A stretch of DNA of 63,102 nt, the filler included, from Klebsormidium nitens (lineage: Eukaryota; Plantae; Klebsormidiophyceae): NCBI GenBank assembly GCA_000708835.1. It is 4 parts of 4 records of this genome, joined end to end, with 100 filler letters (N's around TTAATTAATTAA, not from the genome) between each part and the next. Parts side by side here need not be neighbours in the genome. Positions count along the whole stretch, not along the records: positions 12,594 to 42,211 come from DF237792.1; positions 42,312 to 48,750 come from DF237046.1; 2 more parts are not named here. One strand, 5' to 3'. The notes beneath the pieces are model-generated. The model was not told where the DNA came from and searched no databases. It saw only the letters and a program-made list of their open reading frames with translations. The translations under genes were made by a program, and so were the position numbers. This document shows, in pieces, positions 34,650-47,100 of this stretch (within the stretch, counting starts at the first letter, position 1; each line of letters starts with the position of its first letter).

Positions 34650-36960
34650 AGGCCTTATGTAGATGAAGCTGAAACCCAGCTGTCAAATTGGCGGCGGTCA
34701 TATTGAGTAGTGGGTTAACTAGATTAAGGGGGGCCTAGGAATGCAAAGACCTGTACTTTCGGCCTCCAAAGATGCATCGTGGAACTACCTTTTGAGTATG
34801 CACTCATGGAAGCTTACGTTTCCTTCTCTTCTCGTCCGGTTCTCCTATTTGCTCATGGCCTTTGTGGTTGCACCTGGGGCTACCAAACCCAGCTCAAGAT
34901 CTGCGATTGCGAAGCCCATTGCTTTTTGAATCCAAAAATCTCTGCTAGTCAGCTATTGAGTCTTCGGCTCTTTGTACATACGGTCAGCCCTAGTTGTTTG
35001 GTCGCATCCTTTTCTGTGGGTCGACCTCAATACATGAGTCTTTGCAAAACATACGGTTGCAAGCTGTCGGACCCCATCATTCGATTGATCCGACCTGATC
35101 CAGATTGCATTGTCCACTTTGTACACTGGGTCGCATGTTGGTGGCCGAGCCCGATTGTCACGGTGCTCACTAGCGGTTCCCTCGATATCTAGGGCGATGA
35201 AGAGCGGACTTTTGATGCAACGTCACTTGACGAAGTCACCACTTGCGGAGACACTCTTGTCCGCTGAAGCCTTACTTGCGGCCTGCTGGCCTCTGATACC
35301 CGTGTGTAAATTCTGTTGAATAACATCTGTGCCTTACGATCAATCAGTGCGATCGACCATCTCCAGCTAGCCTCTCACACGTACAGCTAGCGATAAAACC
35401 AGCGGGTGTGAAGTACGGAGCGCCTTTTTGCGAAGCCAGGTTGGCCTTGTTTGTGGCGCTCGCACCAGAGCTCGTGATTAATAGCGTCACCGTCAATGGA
35501 AAGTTGGCCTCAGCCCAATGATGGCAGCTTTGTCAAGATCGACTCAGTGAGGCAGAGTCAGGAAAGCGGTTGATCGAGGCTCGAGTCTTGGGATAAATAA
35601 AGAACCAGGTTCTGACTTGGTCGTCCCACAGACGGCTTTTCCACCCGAGCTTGTCATCCATGTCTGAATCTTTTTGCCTTCAGATGTGCGCGGTGACTTT
35701 CCGTGTGACTAAACGGTCTCAGAGAGATTTGTATAAGAAGACTGCTTGAATGCGGAGAATCCATTCGAGGAGGTGGAGCCGGCAATGATAACTAGAAGGG
35801 ATGTTGCGCAACGTCGTGACATTGGTGAAGGAAACGAAGCCGGTCCAAATCTACAGCAATTGCTCCATCCTCATCCGCGGATATGTGATAGCTAGTTGTC
35901 GGAATCACGGAAACAAGAGCGCCAACCTGATTTAGAACAAACCAGATTTTGCCCGGCCCGTATTTTCGGATTGGTAAGCAGTGCAAGAGCTGCTTCAATT
36001 TCAATTCAAAATGCCTGAGATTAGCTCAACGATCCTGTTTTCGGCTGGTAGTAGATGCCAAAGCCAGCTTCTCGTCCAGTTTTTATACAAAGCCTTGTGG
36101 AGAATTTCCGACGCTCTGATCAGTAGCTTGCCGTCAGTGCTTTTCTAAGAGATTCTGCACCGTAAGAGCAAGCCGTCAGCAGTCTGAGCTTGTTGGCGGA
36201 ACTTGTCACTTGGATATTTCAGCCAACATGTTCGAGATTCTCAGATTGGTCGGGTTCTTAACAATCTGCTCGAGCAAAATCCCTAGGCCTTGCTTGAGTC
36301 CGTTATGCACGTGACGTGCCGCGCTCTGAAAACGTGCTGCAAGGTCTGCCTTTGAACCCCCTTTGACTTAGCTGGCTCTGTCGTTCATCTCACCCCTGGC
36401 CAACGATGCAAACTAGCGGCACTCCTATGCCGCGAATCTCCAGAGCACGTTCCGCGCGGTTTCCGTCCTACTAGTTCCTTGCTGTTCAAGGCATTACTCA
36501 AGGAAAGGAGGCGAGGACTGATGGGCAGCCATTGACGTTACTGCAAAACGTCAAGGTTGATCGTACATCAATGAGGCCGTCTCAAGAAAGCAGATTGGTG
36601 GTGTGTCGGTCCACTTGAGCGTCCATCTGATTGGCTTTGTACGGGCCAAGGAGGACGGTTGAGAATGACGCAGGTTTTGCAAGTCCGCTTTCTAGCTTCT
36701 GAGTCTTCGCAGCAAACTACGGCCCCTTATCGGTCCACCGTGACATAGCAAAGTTCTCTCGTTGAATGAACTGTGAGAATGTTTGAGCCAAAATAGCCCT
36801 ATACTTGTGCAGCTTTTGTCTGGAGGCATGCTTTGAGTGGGCGAGTACGAAGTGACCCCTTTGGTGTCCAGCCAAGTCTGGACCATCAATGTAGAGGTGT
36901 TTTTGTATAACCTGAAGCCGGTTGTGCAGATTTGCATGAGTTCATGTCTTTGACGGACCT
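34650..36960. repeat. Copy 1 of a diverged ~2.3-kb direct duplication (copy 2 at ~39760-42000)
   Basis: Colinear matching blocks, e.g. 34900 GATCTGCGATTGCGAAGCCCATTG vs 40020; 35220 CGTCACTTGACGAAGTCA vs 40404; 36303 TTATGCACGTGACGTGCCGCGCTCT vs 41300; 36911 CTGAAGCCGGTT vs 41957. Confidence 0.8.
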
Positions 36961-39759
36961 TTAGCTAAAGTGGCAGGCGGTTGCTTTTCTGTCTTAAAAA
37001 AGGGTTTGCTTCGCTTCGAGGAGCGGAGTCTGTTGAGTTTGTTAGATCCTTCTTGGCAGCAGTGACCGTAATTGGGAAGCTCTACATTCTTTGGTGGCGC
37101 AATCGTTCTGATTCTTTGGCCGCCCTTGGTCGTCGAGGCGTATCAATCCTTCATTCTAACAACTCCTGACTTTTTGGCACTAAGTGATCCGGAGCCTTGA
37201 AGGCTTCCTGACACTTCTCGGAGCGGAGAGGCTTCGAGGATTCACATATCACTCGACCAGCGTTTATCCTAGCGTGCGGTTAGGGTACGCACCAATTTTA
37301 ATACGCCTCGTTTTTGGTGTCCTACCCACTCGTTTAGCTGTACGTTGTCTGAAACCGTGATGCAGGTTTCTCGTTGCTTTTCAATGTTCTGATTCTGCTT
37401 TGGTCTCCAAAGCTTTGCAGCTTGCATGGTGACTGCTTCAGCAATTCGAAGGCTATGATAAGCAAAGCAAACTCCGGGACTTTCGGTCTCATCCAGCGGC
37501 TCGGAGCATTTGACTGAAGCGATATGAGTCTACCTTATCCAAATACAGAGGACCTCGCACTGCACGTACGCGCTAAGGTTGTTTCCATCCGGAACAACTG
37601 ATTGCGGAGGAGTCTCTCGGGTCGTTGAATGAATCTATTCAGTGAATCGAGGTATTTCGGAACGTTCACATCAGGTCTCGATTCTGAAAGTCAGCGTTTT
37701 TCAATTCTTAAGAAAACCGTTGGTTAGCTCGTTTCAGTCACGCATGTTTCGAGTCCACCGGGATTCTGCAAGGCCGTACTTTTGTCGTTCATTTTTCCTA
37801 CTCGTGGCACGCCGTGCCAACGAAATAGAGAAGGCTCTGTTGTTAAGGAGGTGGCGTTCGCACGAAGAGGCAATGAAGGATCCAGCTGGGATGGAACACT
37901 AAACTTCCCATCTTCACTTGGTTTGGTTTTCTCCTGATGCTCTTGAATCGGCGCTCCTGTGTCCCCGTGTCTACGTCACGATTCTCATGTCCAGTTGGGG
38001 CCAGTCATCGAAAGTCGCTCAGTCTGGTGCTCTTTGTGGGTGCTAAGGATGGATCCGTCTTTGACAGACAGCGGCGACGTTGTCGCGCTCCATCATGATG
38101 CATCGGTGCGTGCGCTTCTCTTTTCGTGTTGACGTCTACACCGCAACTCGCTATATAGCTGCCGAAACTCGCTGAACGGGATTGAAACCCGGGTGCTTCA
38201 GCGACTGCCGATTGGTATTTCAGCATCTGACCCGACGGCATTTACAAGTCGATCAATGAGATTCTTGGAGCTTTTTCCGCTCGTTAGTGTGTAACCTGTG
38301 AGGATACCAGTAGTGCAGTTAGCCAGAAACGTACGGTAAACCCAAGCTGTTAGTCTAGTTATGGTAGTAGAACGAACTCGTGACGTACCATCTCATCTCA
38401 TGTAACCGAACTCAAAAGCTCCAGGCTTCAGTACGGGATTGTTAATTGATGTATGTATGTATGTATCTTGTACTTTTGATATTGAGTGGCTGCTCATGAA
38501 ATCGCTTCGACGGTTCTCAATGATCGACGCGGTACGATCGCGAAGCGTTTCAGTCCTGCACCACATGTCGTCCCTAGCTCATGCAGTCAGTCGAGATCCT
38601 GATCACTAGGTACCTCATTCATGACTCTGGAATTCGAACAGGATTTTTGCAATATTCTTTTGTCCCCGAGGGTGTTTGAGCGGGGCGTATAGGAAGAGAC
38701 GATTCAAATGGATGGGCTAAAAGTGCTCGTGACCTCAGGTCTCCTTACCGTCCCCAGAAACCAAGTTCTAAACCGCAAGTCCCTTATAGCTGAAGACCTT
38801 TTCCCGGGTGGCCGCGTGAAGATCAGCTTGTTGGGCAGCTGCTCATCAGAACCCGAATACCTGAAGCCCGCTTTCTCGTCTGCTTGCGCTCTTGTGATGC
38901 CATCCTGTTTCGTTTTTATGGCTGCGCATTGGCTTGCGCGGGTGTAATCAGCTAGAACCTTCTCGAAGTCGGATGTCTGTGAGTCTAATCATTGGCGGAC
39001 TGAAATTCTTCCTGCTACCGTACGATTTTGCGCATCTGATCAGAGCCGCAGTTTTCAGGAGCCTTGCGGTTCTAAAGTACCAGCTTCGTATTCCAGAGAG
39101 CTTCTCGATGGCATCTCCACAACATCGCATTGTTTCTTACCCGAGTCCAAACGAGGTCTACATTTGTCCCGTGCGCACGCCGGTAAGGGCCGACATATCG
39201 TGCTCAAAGTCCTTGAAGCGTCGCCTTCTCGTAATGCTTCTGCCACTGGTGCTGATCCTCAAAAAGAAATTGAAATTAAAATAAGAATTAAACGGCCTAA
39301 TTCGTTTTGAGGGCAAGGTACTTGAAGTTATATTTAGCGGCGAAGAGTAAGGGATTCGGCAGTGAAGCGTGAGGCGTGGCGACGCTCAGTAAGCACGCCA
39401 CAAGCTGGCTCGAATGGGCGTGGACGGATGCCGGGAAATACTCCAACACATTCCCTATGCGGAGCACTCAAGAAGCCTCGTGGAAAGTCGAGCATCAGTT
39501 GCTCTCTGACGAACATCAGATATTCTGGGCAGATACGATTTGAAAGTTTGAAGTCTTTACGTGCGCTTGTACGATCTCTGGTTGCGAGCTGGGCATTTCA
39601 AACGCTACATTTCAAACGCTAGTACAGGTACCCAGAAGGAGGTGGACTTTCTGCAGCCTGAAAGATAAGCTACGTCTCTGTTCTTCGTTGAGGATGGTTT
39701 CGAGGGACGGCGCCATTTTGACACGAATGTGAGAATCTTCTCAAGTAAAGTAATCAGGC

Positions 39760-42000
39760 CCTTCGTAGACCAGGGCATTGAGAGATCCAGCTGCCAGATG
39801 GGCAGCCGTCTTTCTGATGAAAGGGAATCTACTAGGGGCAGGCCTAGGAGAATCGGTGTAATTTTGGCCGGCAAATATGTATCTTCAAGTGGACCTACTG
39901 TAAATCATTGTTGTGGAAGTCTTGAATCCTGCTATTTTTGTCCACTTGATACGATTTTTCCATCTGCTCACGGCCTTTTCGGTTGCACTAGGCTACTCAA
40001 CCGATTCCAACTCAACCAGAATTTGCGATTGTGAAGCCCGTTGGCTTTTGAATCCAACTCAACCAGAAGTTGCGATTGTGAAGCCCGTTGGCTTTTGAAT
40101 CAAATCAAACGTTTCTGCCCAGACTGCTGGTGAATTACCTAGGCTCTCTTTACAGATGGGCGGGAGACGGTTAGGCTTTAGCCCTAGTTGTCTGGTTTTG
40201 CAGCCTGTTTTGTCCGTCGATCTCCAGATATTCATCTCTAACCCCGATATTGCAAGCAGTTGGACCTTATGGATGTCGACCGGATTAGGTCTGATCGGAC
40301 TTTGGTGAAGGCCACATTTTGCGGCTGTGCACGGTCTCGATTATGTTTGCCAGCCAATGGTTCCCTTGCTGGGCTGGAGCTATGAAAAGCGGACAGTTTG
40401 ATGACGTCACTTGACGAGGTCATCGTCCGCACCGTACCTCTGTTCGCTGAAGCCCTAGTCCACTGGCCCTATTAGTATGAGGTCAGCCTAGTGCCTATAT
40501 GCAATATTGTTTTGTCTCTGGTATGTTACCTCTGGTGTATTCTGCTTCTGAAGTAACAAGAACTGTTGTGCCTCATGAAACTGATTCTGCGTGCTCTGTC
40601 TGGTCCATTTCCATGAGTATCCCCGGTTGTGACGGACAGACTTTTCCTATTCGACTTAACAGTCTCAGCGTAATTTCTGATTGTAGAATATCGGAACTAG
40701 AGGCAAAAGAATGAACGAGACTGTGAGCCTGCCGCCTGGCAATGATGGCTAGAAGGGTACTTGCCCTCCATGAAGCGTGATTGTTCAATCAGGCGTCAGC
40801 AAAGCAAAGTATTTGTTGCTCCCATCGCCAGATGCGCATGCGTATCGATACTCACTGATAATCAGAACCAAGAGACAGAAGCGCCGTTTCGATCTTGGAC
40901 AGGCTCGGCGCAAACGTTGCCGGCCCTGCCTGCACTGTCGTGTTTGATAAGCAACAAAACTTTTTCAGTTCCAAGTTAAGATGCTCAGACCACTGTCGAC
41001 CCCTGTTTTTGCGGTTGGTAACAAATGTCGGATCGAGCTGGCCGTTGCCGGCTTTTTGTTCTTGTTATACAAACGTTTGAGGAGACGGTTTCCGAAGTTA
41101 CAAGTAGTAGCTTACCGTTAGTGCTTTACTTTGATCAAAGAGCACCATCAAAGCAGGCCGTCAGTAGTCTGAGGTTGTGGGGAAGTTTGTGGGACACCTT
41201 TTGTTTAGATACCAAATTACCACGTCAAATTTTCAAAATTGTTGGGTTCACGGTTGTCACCACTTTGTTAGGGCAAGATCTCTTTGTCTCTGAGTCCGCT
41301 ATGCACGTGAAGTGCCGCGCTCTCCAGAAACGTGCTGACAAATGCAAAGTCTGCCTTTGAGCCCGCGTTGGCGTGTCCTTAGCTGGTTCTGTCCTTCAAT
41401 CTCATTCTTGAAGGGCGAAGTAGCGGCACTCCTAAGCCGCGGGTTCTCTCAGAGACTGACGTTCCGCTCTGTTTCCGACCTACTGATTGTTGCTGTCAAG
41501 GTAGTGGTCAAGACAGGCGGCGAGGATTGTTGGGCAGCCGTTGACGTTGCTGCAAAATATGAAGGTTGATTGAGTGGGTTCAAAGTAGGAGCCTTCAACA
41601 TGAGGCCGTCTCAAAAGAGTCAGATTGCTGATGTGTTGGTCGGACCCTTCTTCTACTTGGCTTCGTAAGAGCTAAAGCGGTTGACGAAAGACGCCGATTT
41701 TTGCGGCGAACCTGCTTTCTATTTTCCGGGTCTTTGCAGCAATCTGCATCCGTTTGTGGATCGCGATCGCGACACTTGATGATCTTTCGTCAAATGGAGT
41801 TAGGCAGATTGGAGTCACAGAACAAGATTTTACCCATGATATCAAAGACCTGACGGTCCGGAGACATGGTTTGAGTAGGCGAGGACGAAGTGACCCCTTC
41901 GGTGTTCGGCCCAGCCCTGCGCCATCATCAAGAGGTGCTTTTGTACGAAGCATGATCTGAAGCCGGTTATCCAAAGTTTTCATGGTTTGTATCTCTCGAA
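39760..42000. repeat. Copy 2 of the diverged ~2.3-kb direct duplication; may be a decayed multi-exon gene on the minus strand
   Basis: Same blocks as copy 1. Short exon-like segments with AG/GT ends on minus (e.g. NVNGCPTILAACLDHYLDSNNQ) are frameshifted in copy 1. Confidence 0.75.
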
Positions 42001-42311
42001 GACTTTGAGTGGCCACAGATCGCATGTTTGATGAAAAAATGACAGGGATTTTGCCTAAACGAGACGAGCTCCAGTGCTGGCAGGTTCAGGTTGCACTTGG
42101 CCGCTCGTGAACGTACTTAAGGAGCTTCAGTTGTTTGACCTTGCATCCGTTGTGACCTTGAGCCGTTCTGGATCGCTGAGGCATATCAGTACTTCTTGAG
42201 ATTTGCGTCCCNNNNNNNNNNNNNNNNNNNNNNNNNNNNNNNNNNNNNNNNNNNNTTAATTAATTAANNNNNNNNNNNNNNNNNNNNNNNNNNNNNNNNN
42301 NNNNNNNNNNN

Positions 42312-43265
42312 ATGATCCTGCTGACAGCACCTGAGGAGGCGCGCTCTCTCCTCCGGGCCGAGGTCCCGTTCCAGTGGTTCATGCTGCTTGGAGAAATACC
42401 GAAGAGGGATCTGTCGCTCGTTGACACGGCCCTGCGCCGTGCGACTCGAGGTACCACCCACTCCAGCCGCTTCATTATATCGTTGCAGCGGTCGGACGTC
42501 GATCTTGTGCGCGCGCGCCAGTTCTTGCTCATCGCGAACTCCGATGAGGTGGTCGGAGACACGCTCAGAGCTACTCTCGTCTGGGCAGAGGATGCGCGTG
42601 CTTCCAAGTTTGCTTGAGCGGAGGGTGCGCCAGTTTCGATTCCTCGAGTAGACGGAATCATCCCAGATCTTTTCTCTCTTTCCGCTGTCGGGCTTCGTGT
42701 AGCCAATGAACTCGGCGCTGCGTGCTAGCTCTGCAGGGGGGTGGTCCAAGAAGTGGCTGAAGGCCGTCTTGAATTCCGCACGTGCCTCCAGATCCGAGAA
42801 GTAGACTCCTTTCCAAACCTCGTGAACGCTGTTCTTGTAAAGACCATGGGAAAGGGCTCCGTGGGATGCAGCAACTTGGGGGCCCTGGAGTAGACCGGAA
42901 GGAAGTTGCATGACGTGGGTGCAGAAGTGCTCGAGGAGGCGGTGGAGATGGTGAAGCCTCTCGAGAAAGTCATGTGGATCGTCGGCACGCGACGTGTAGT
43001 CGAGGTCCGAGTAGAGCCAAGAAGCTTCTGAAGCGAGCAGGATCTCGTACAAGTGCGGCGTTCGGCGGCTTGCGATCATCCTCGCAGTGTACTCCTCGAA
43101 GGCTTGTGTGCTGTTAAACGCGGTATACATCTTGGACCCGCCGGTGTTGACGTCGCGTGACGCAATGAAAGCGCCCGGTGGCATCGAGCTTGTCTGGAAG
43201 GCAGCTTGTACAGGTGCAAACCGGGAGTACCATGTCTGACCCCATTCGTCCACCTCGGAGGTCAC
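42312..43265 (-). CDS. Archaeo-eukaryotic primase of the PrimPol/herpes-NCLDV type; one long exon, C-terminus lost in a gap
   Basis: HLYEILL...WLYSDLDY (motif I, DxD), KNSVHEVW (SxH motif II), WDDSVYSRNRNWRTLRSSKLGSTRIL (motif III, DxxVYSRNRxxR...SSK). Preceded by the acceptor-like CTTCTTTCTTTAG|GAG. Confidence 0.8.
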
Positions 43266-43544
43266 CTCCTAAAGAAAGAAGCCACACAACATTTACTGTT
43301 CCATACTTCTGCGCCGTTTTCAAGCGGTTCCTCAGAGGAGATAATGGACCCTTAGCCTGCGGAAGCACGTGCAAGCCCAAACAAGTTTGTTTCTAAGCGA
43401 GACCTTCATGTTGCTTCCGATTGTGGGCGGATAAGCTTCGACTTTGCAAAAGGCTGCCCTTGATCTTCCTCGAATCGACGAACAAGGCGTTCTACTTCGA
43501 GTGCCGTTCTCCAAGTGAGGGCGTCATAGCTCCATAGGGGCAAT

Positions 43545-44152
43545 CAGTCAAAAGGCGCCCATCATTTCTTAGAAGAAAGGAGGGCCGTTCTGACTCTGGC
43601 GGGCCGGATGCTTAGGACTCGGCGCCAGTCAAAAGGCGTCTGTCATTCCTCTAAGGAAGGGAGGGCAGTTCTGACTCTGGCCCATTCTTTGACTGACTGC
43701 GGCAGGCCGGATGATCGAGAGAGCCAGTCAAAAGGCGCCCATAGTTTCTAGAGAGAGGGCGTGCCGTTCTGACTGCAGCATGCCGGTTGTTTGAGAGAGG
43801 GCAGTCAAAAGGCGCCCATCATTTCCCAGAGACGGGGAGAGGCGTTCTGACTGCGGTGGGACGGATGTTCGAGAGAGGGCAGTCAAAAGGCGCCCATCAT
43901 TTTCTGGAGAGAGGAAGGGCCGTTCTGACTACGGTGGGCCGGGTGATTGACAGGCCACTACAGGCCACTAAGGGATTGCTAGAAGGGCTACATGCCAACG
44001 CTCTGCTACGAGTTTGCTCCTGCAAGCCTTGAGGCTTCCCCTCCCGCAACCTTGCTCGGGTTGTCGGCACGTTGCAACACATCCCTTTGGTAAAGGGGTC
44101 AGTCAAAAGTCGCCCATCATATTCTAGAAAGACAGAGGCGACTTCTGACTGT
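43545..44152. repeat. Array of ~six 48-50-bp imperfect hairpin units (AGTCAAAAGGCG...CGTTCTGACT) with related linkers
   Basis: Units at ~43546, 43627, 43726, 43802, 43881 and 44100. Left arm AGTCAAAAGGC pairs with right arm GCCGTTCTGACT. Confidence 0.9.
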
Positions 44153-47100
44153 AGTACCTCAGTTTGTTAGAGCCGAAAGAAGGAGTGAGATTTCATGCGC
44201 GCTCGCTTCGAGCAGCTTGCTTGCAAAGTCTGGCGTGTCAGAGGCGCACCTGATTGCTTGCATTGTCTCGAGCTGCGTCCTCGAAGACTCGGAGAGCGGG
44301 CTCCGAACCCCTCCGATCGGCATCGATAAGCTTAGTTTCGGCTTCCGCTTCGACTCGCATCTCCTGTTTCGGCAACATCTTGGCTGCCTCAGTGAGAAAC
44401 AAACCCTTTGCTTTGATTGTAGTATCGAAAGCGGCTAGCATCTTGAGAAGATTGCGGGCGCACGTTTCACAGACAGCGTTGGTTCATCACAAGATTCTGT
44501 TGAGACGGCCTAGAAAAGCGTACAGATTTGCCGAGTTTCGAGGAGACTACAAAGGGATCAACATGTGGCTGAGCCGCCTTGCTTGCAACATGGGTCAAAC
44601 ATTTACAAGTGTTGCAAGCAACATCAACATGCAATGCGGCGGTACCATACGTCTATACAATGGAGCCGCATCCGTTCTAGCGGATCTCTCAGCGGATTAT
44701 GCGGCGGACCACTCCTCACTTTCTACATTTCCATTGCCGCTTGCAGCTTGTCAATGATTATACCTGGGCTTGCTCAATCGGACTGCAAATCTCCACTGGA
44801 CACCCAACCAGAGCACGTGCCGCAATCTGCTTCAGAGCGCCTTGCCCCTGCACACCATGGGATGGATCAGGCGAGCGCAACAGGTATACGATTTCAATAC
44901 AAGCTCACTCTTCAAGAAGATGACGCAAGACGGCAGAATTCGGGTCAACCTAGGCCTGCTATGCATCAATACACTCATTCTACGAATTGTGATTTTCGGA
45001 AAAAGGAGCCTATCTTTTTTGGGGATTGTGCAAGGCGCAAAAGCTTACCCGTTTCAGACCAACGAGCGGCTTACCTGTCTAAGTGGTTGCAGTGTGGGTG
45101 CAGTCTCCTCCTCTGATTTTTACGAGTGAATCACGCGGCAACGCTTTCTCTCGAGCTCTTGGCCTGTTGGTACGACCCCACCAACGTCCTCCGCAAGCGG
45201 ATCATCATTTGTCTCTGAGCAACACTGATCTTCCCGTTTGGGTGATTGAGAAAAAAGGACGCAACAAGCCGATTTAGAGCGCGGGAGAAAAGCTCACCGG
45301 TGATCAGCGCCACTGATCGATCAATCACGCATTCGCGACGGGATTGATGGGTTTGTCCGACGCCTCTAAGCTTGCGCCTCAGCAATGCAAGAGACTCCAT
45401 GACAGTGAAATCAAATCAAATAAGGCGCAGAGAAAAGGTTGATAGCATCAGATTTTCGCCATCCAGTCGTGAAGTGTCGTCTTGCTGACTGTGGTATGAG
45501 AATTTCTAAGAACCAGCTTCTGAAACAGCTGCCAGTAGACCAAATAACATCTGGAAAGGTGAATGACTCATCTTGTACAGCATAGGAAACCCATGAGTGG
45601 CCTCACAGCAGCAGGCACCACTTCGACCTAAGAGCAATTTAAAGAGAAAGCCGATCAGAGATTTAATGCTGGAAACGGAAATCTTCGAGCCAATCATCGA
45701 TCCGGGACGGTGTATGCGACTCACTGGAGGCCTCTTCCTCTTGCCAATGGGCCCAAGGGCAACCTTAACCGGGCTTAAAGTGTCCTCGTTGTCGAGTGCC
45801 CTGTAGAAGCTTGGCCCTTGCATGTTGCTGGCGAAATCATGATCGTCGAAGAAACCCTGTAGTGACTTTCCAGACTGGGACCCATCAACGGATCGATAAG
45901 CGTATTCAACGCCTTCGATGTCCTCTCCTTGGGAATCCTCCGACTCTGACGAGTCACTGTAATCACAGCTGCAACAACTATGTAAAACGTCCATAACCAG
46001 GTGTAAAAAGACAAAATTCTTTTGCCGCAATCCGCAATCCGCGGCCCCGCTTGAGACTCGCAACTCACTCCGCCTGAGGTGAAAGAGTACAGTCCGTTTG
46101 TATCATGGAATGCAACGTTGAATTAGGTTATCGAGTGCTTCGTTCGTGCGCACTTTTCAACGTGCCTATCTCTTAACCCTTGAACAATTCTCAGACCCGA
46201 GGTTGTGTTCAGAAATGCACTCACCTTTGCCAGGGAAGGCGCATGTCACTGGCCATCACCCTAGCTCTGGTGACGCTCACAGCCAACCAGCAAGCAGTCG
46301 GGTCCGCAGCTCAGCAGCGCTCACCGCCCGGGTCAGCTCTAGCTGCTCATGAGCTGCACACGGTTTGAGCTTCCAAGGGCTGATCAAACTGCAGCGTGCA
46401 CACTGGCACCACACTTAAGACTGGCACCACTGGCGGGAATCACCACTGGCTCCGTACAATTTGATCCACTGGCAAACTGGCACCACCAGCGCGGATAATT
46501 AGTGGCATGTACGGCTGGCATCACTGGCACCCAGTGGCATCTCTGGCGCGGATCGTCACTGCCATCACCACCGGCTCTGGCACCACTGGCATCTCTCAGC
46601 AGCTCCGAGCCTGACGGTTTCGAAGCGGACGCCACGCACTGCCGCTGTGCTGACTCTTGGAATGGATCGCTACTTCGTCTATAGTATAATAGCCTGTACC
46701 CGAACGAGTCAGCTCAACGTGCTACAGAACAAGGCGCTTAGCCTAGTTCAAAGTTGGGATGTGTTTCTGAGGATGCATTGAGCTTGGAATAGAAGGATTC
46801 GGAAGTGCTCTACTTGGGAATGAATGAAATGAGAGAGTTTCTGAGCTTTTATACCTCATTTTCCGGCCGGCCCAGACCGTCCGAAGCAGGCTTGCAGCGT
46901 GCTCACGTGGCTTGCAGCCTGCTCACGTGGCCGGGGCAGGCTTTACGTGACCTTCTAGAACCGCTGAGTTGGCGTAAAACTAAGCAGTCTAACCTAGTCA
47001 AAGTCGGTCCAAGCCGGGTTGCTGAGTCAGTACTCTTCAGGGTGCCAGGTCAGACTGAACCTTCTGAAAAATGCAACCGCCTGAACTTTTATCGACGGTG

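Noticed and set aside
38449-38470. (ATGT)n microsatellite and the 48-bp local duplication at 40020-40105
   Set aside because: Common slippage products.
43545-44152. CRISPR-like look of the hairpin array
   Set aside because: Linkers are homologous to each other and variable in length, repeats are degenerate, there are no cas genes and the context is eukaryotic.
45506-46063. 185-aa acidic ORF (and 44238-44441) as a defined gene
   Set aside because: No recognisable motif and exon boundaries could not be linked with confidence; only mentioned as candidate upstream exons of the primase.
46380-46600. GCACCACTGGC-type short repeats and ORF 46384-46635
   Set aside because: Low-complexity simple repeat with no protein motif.
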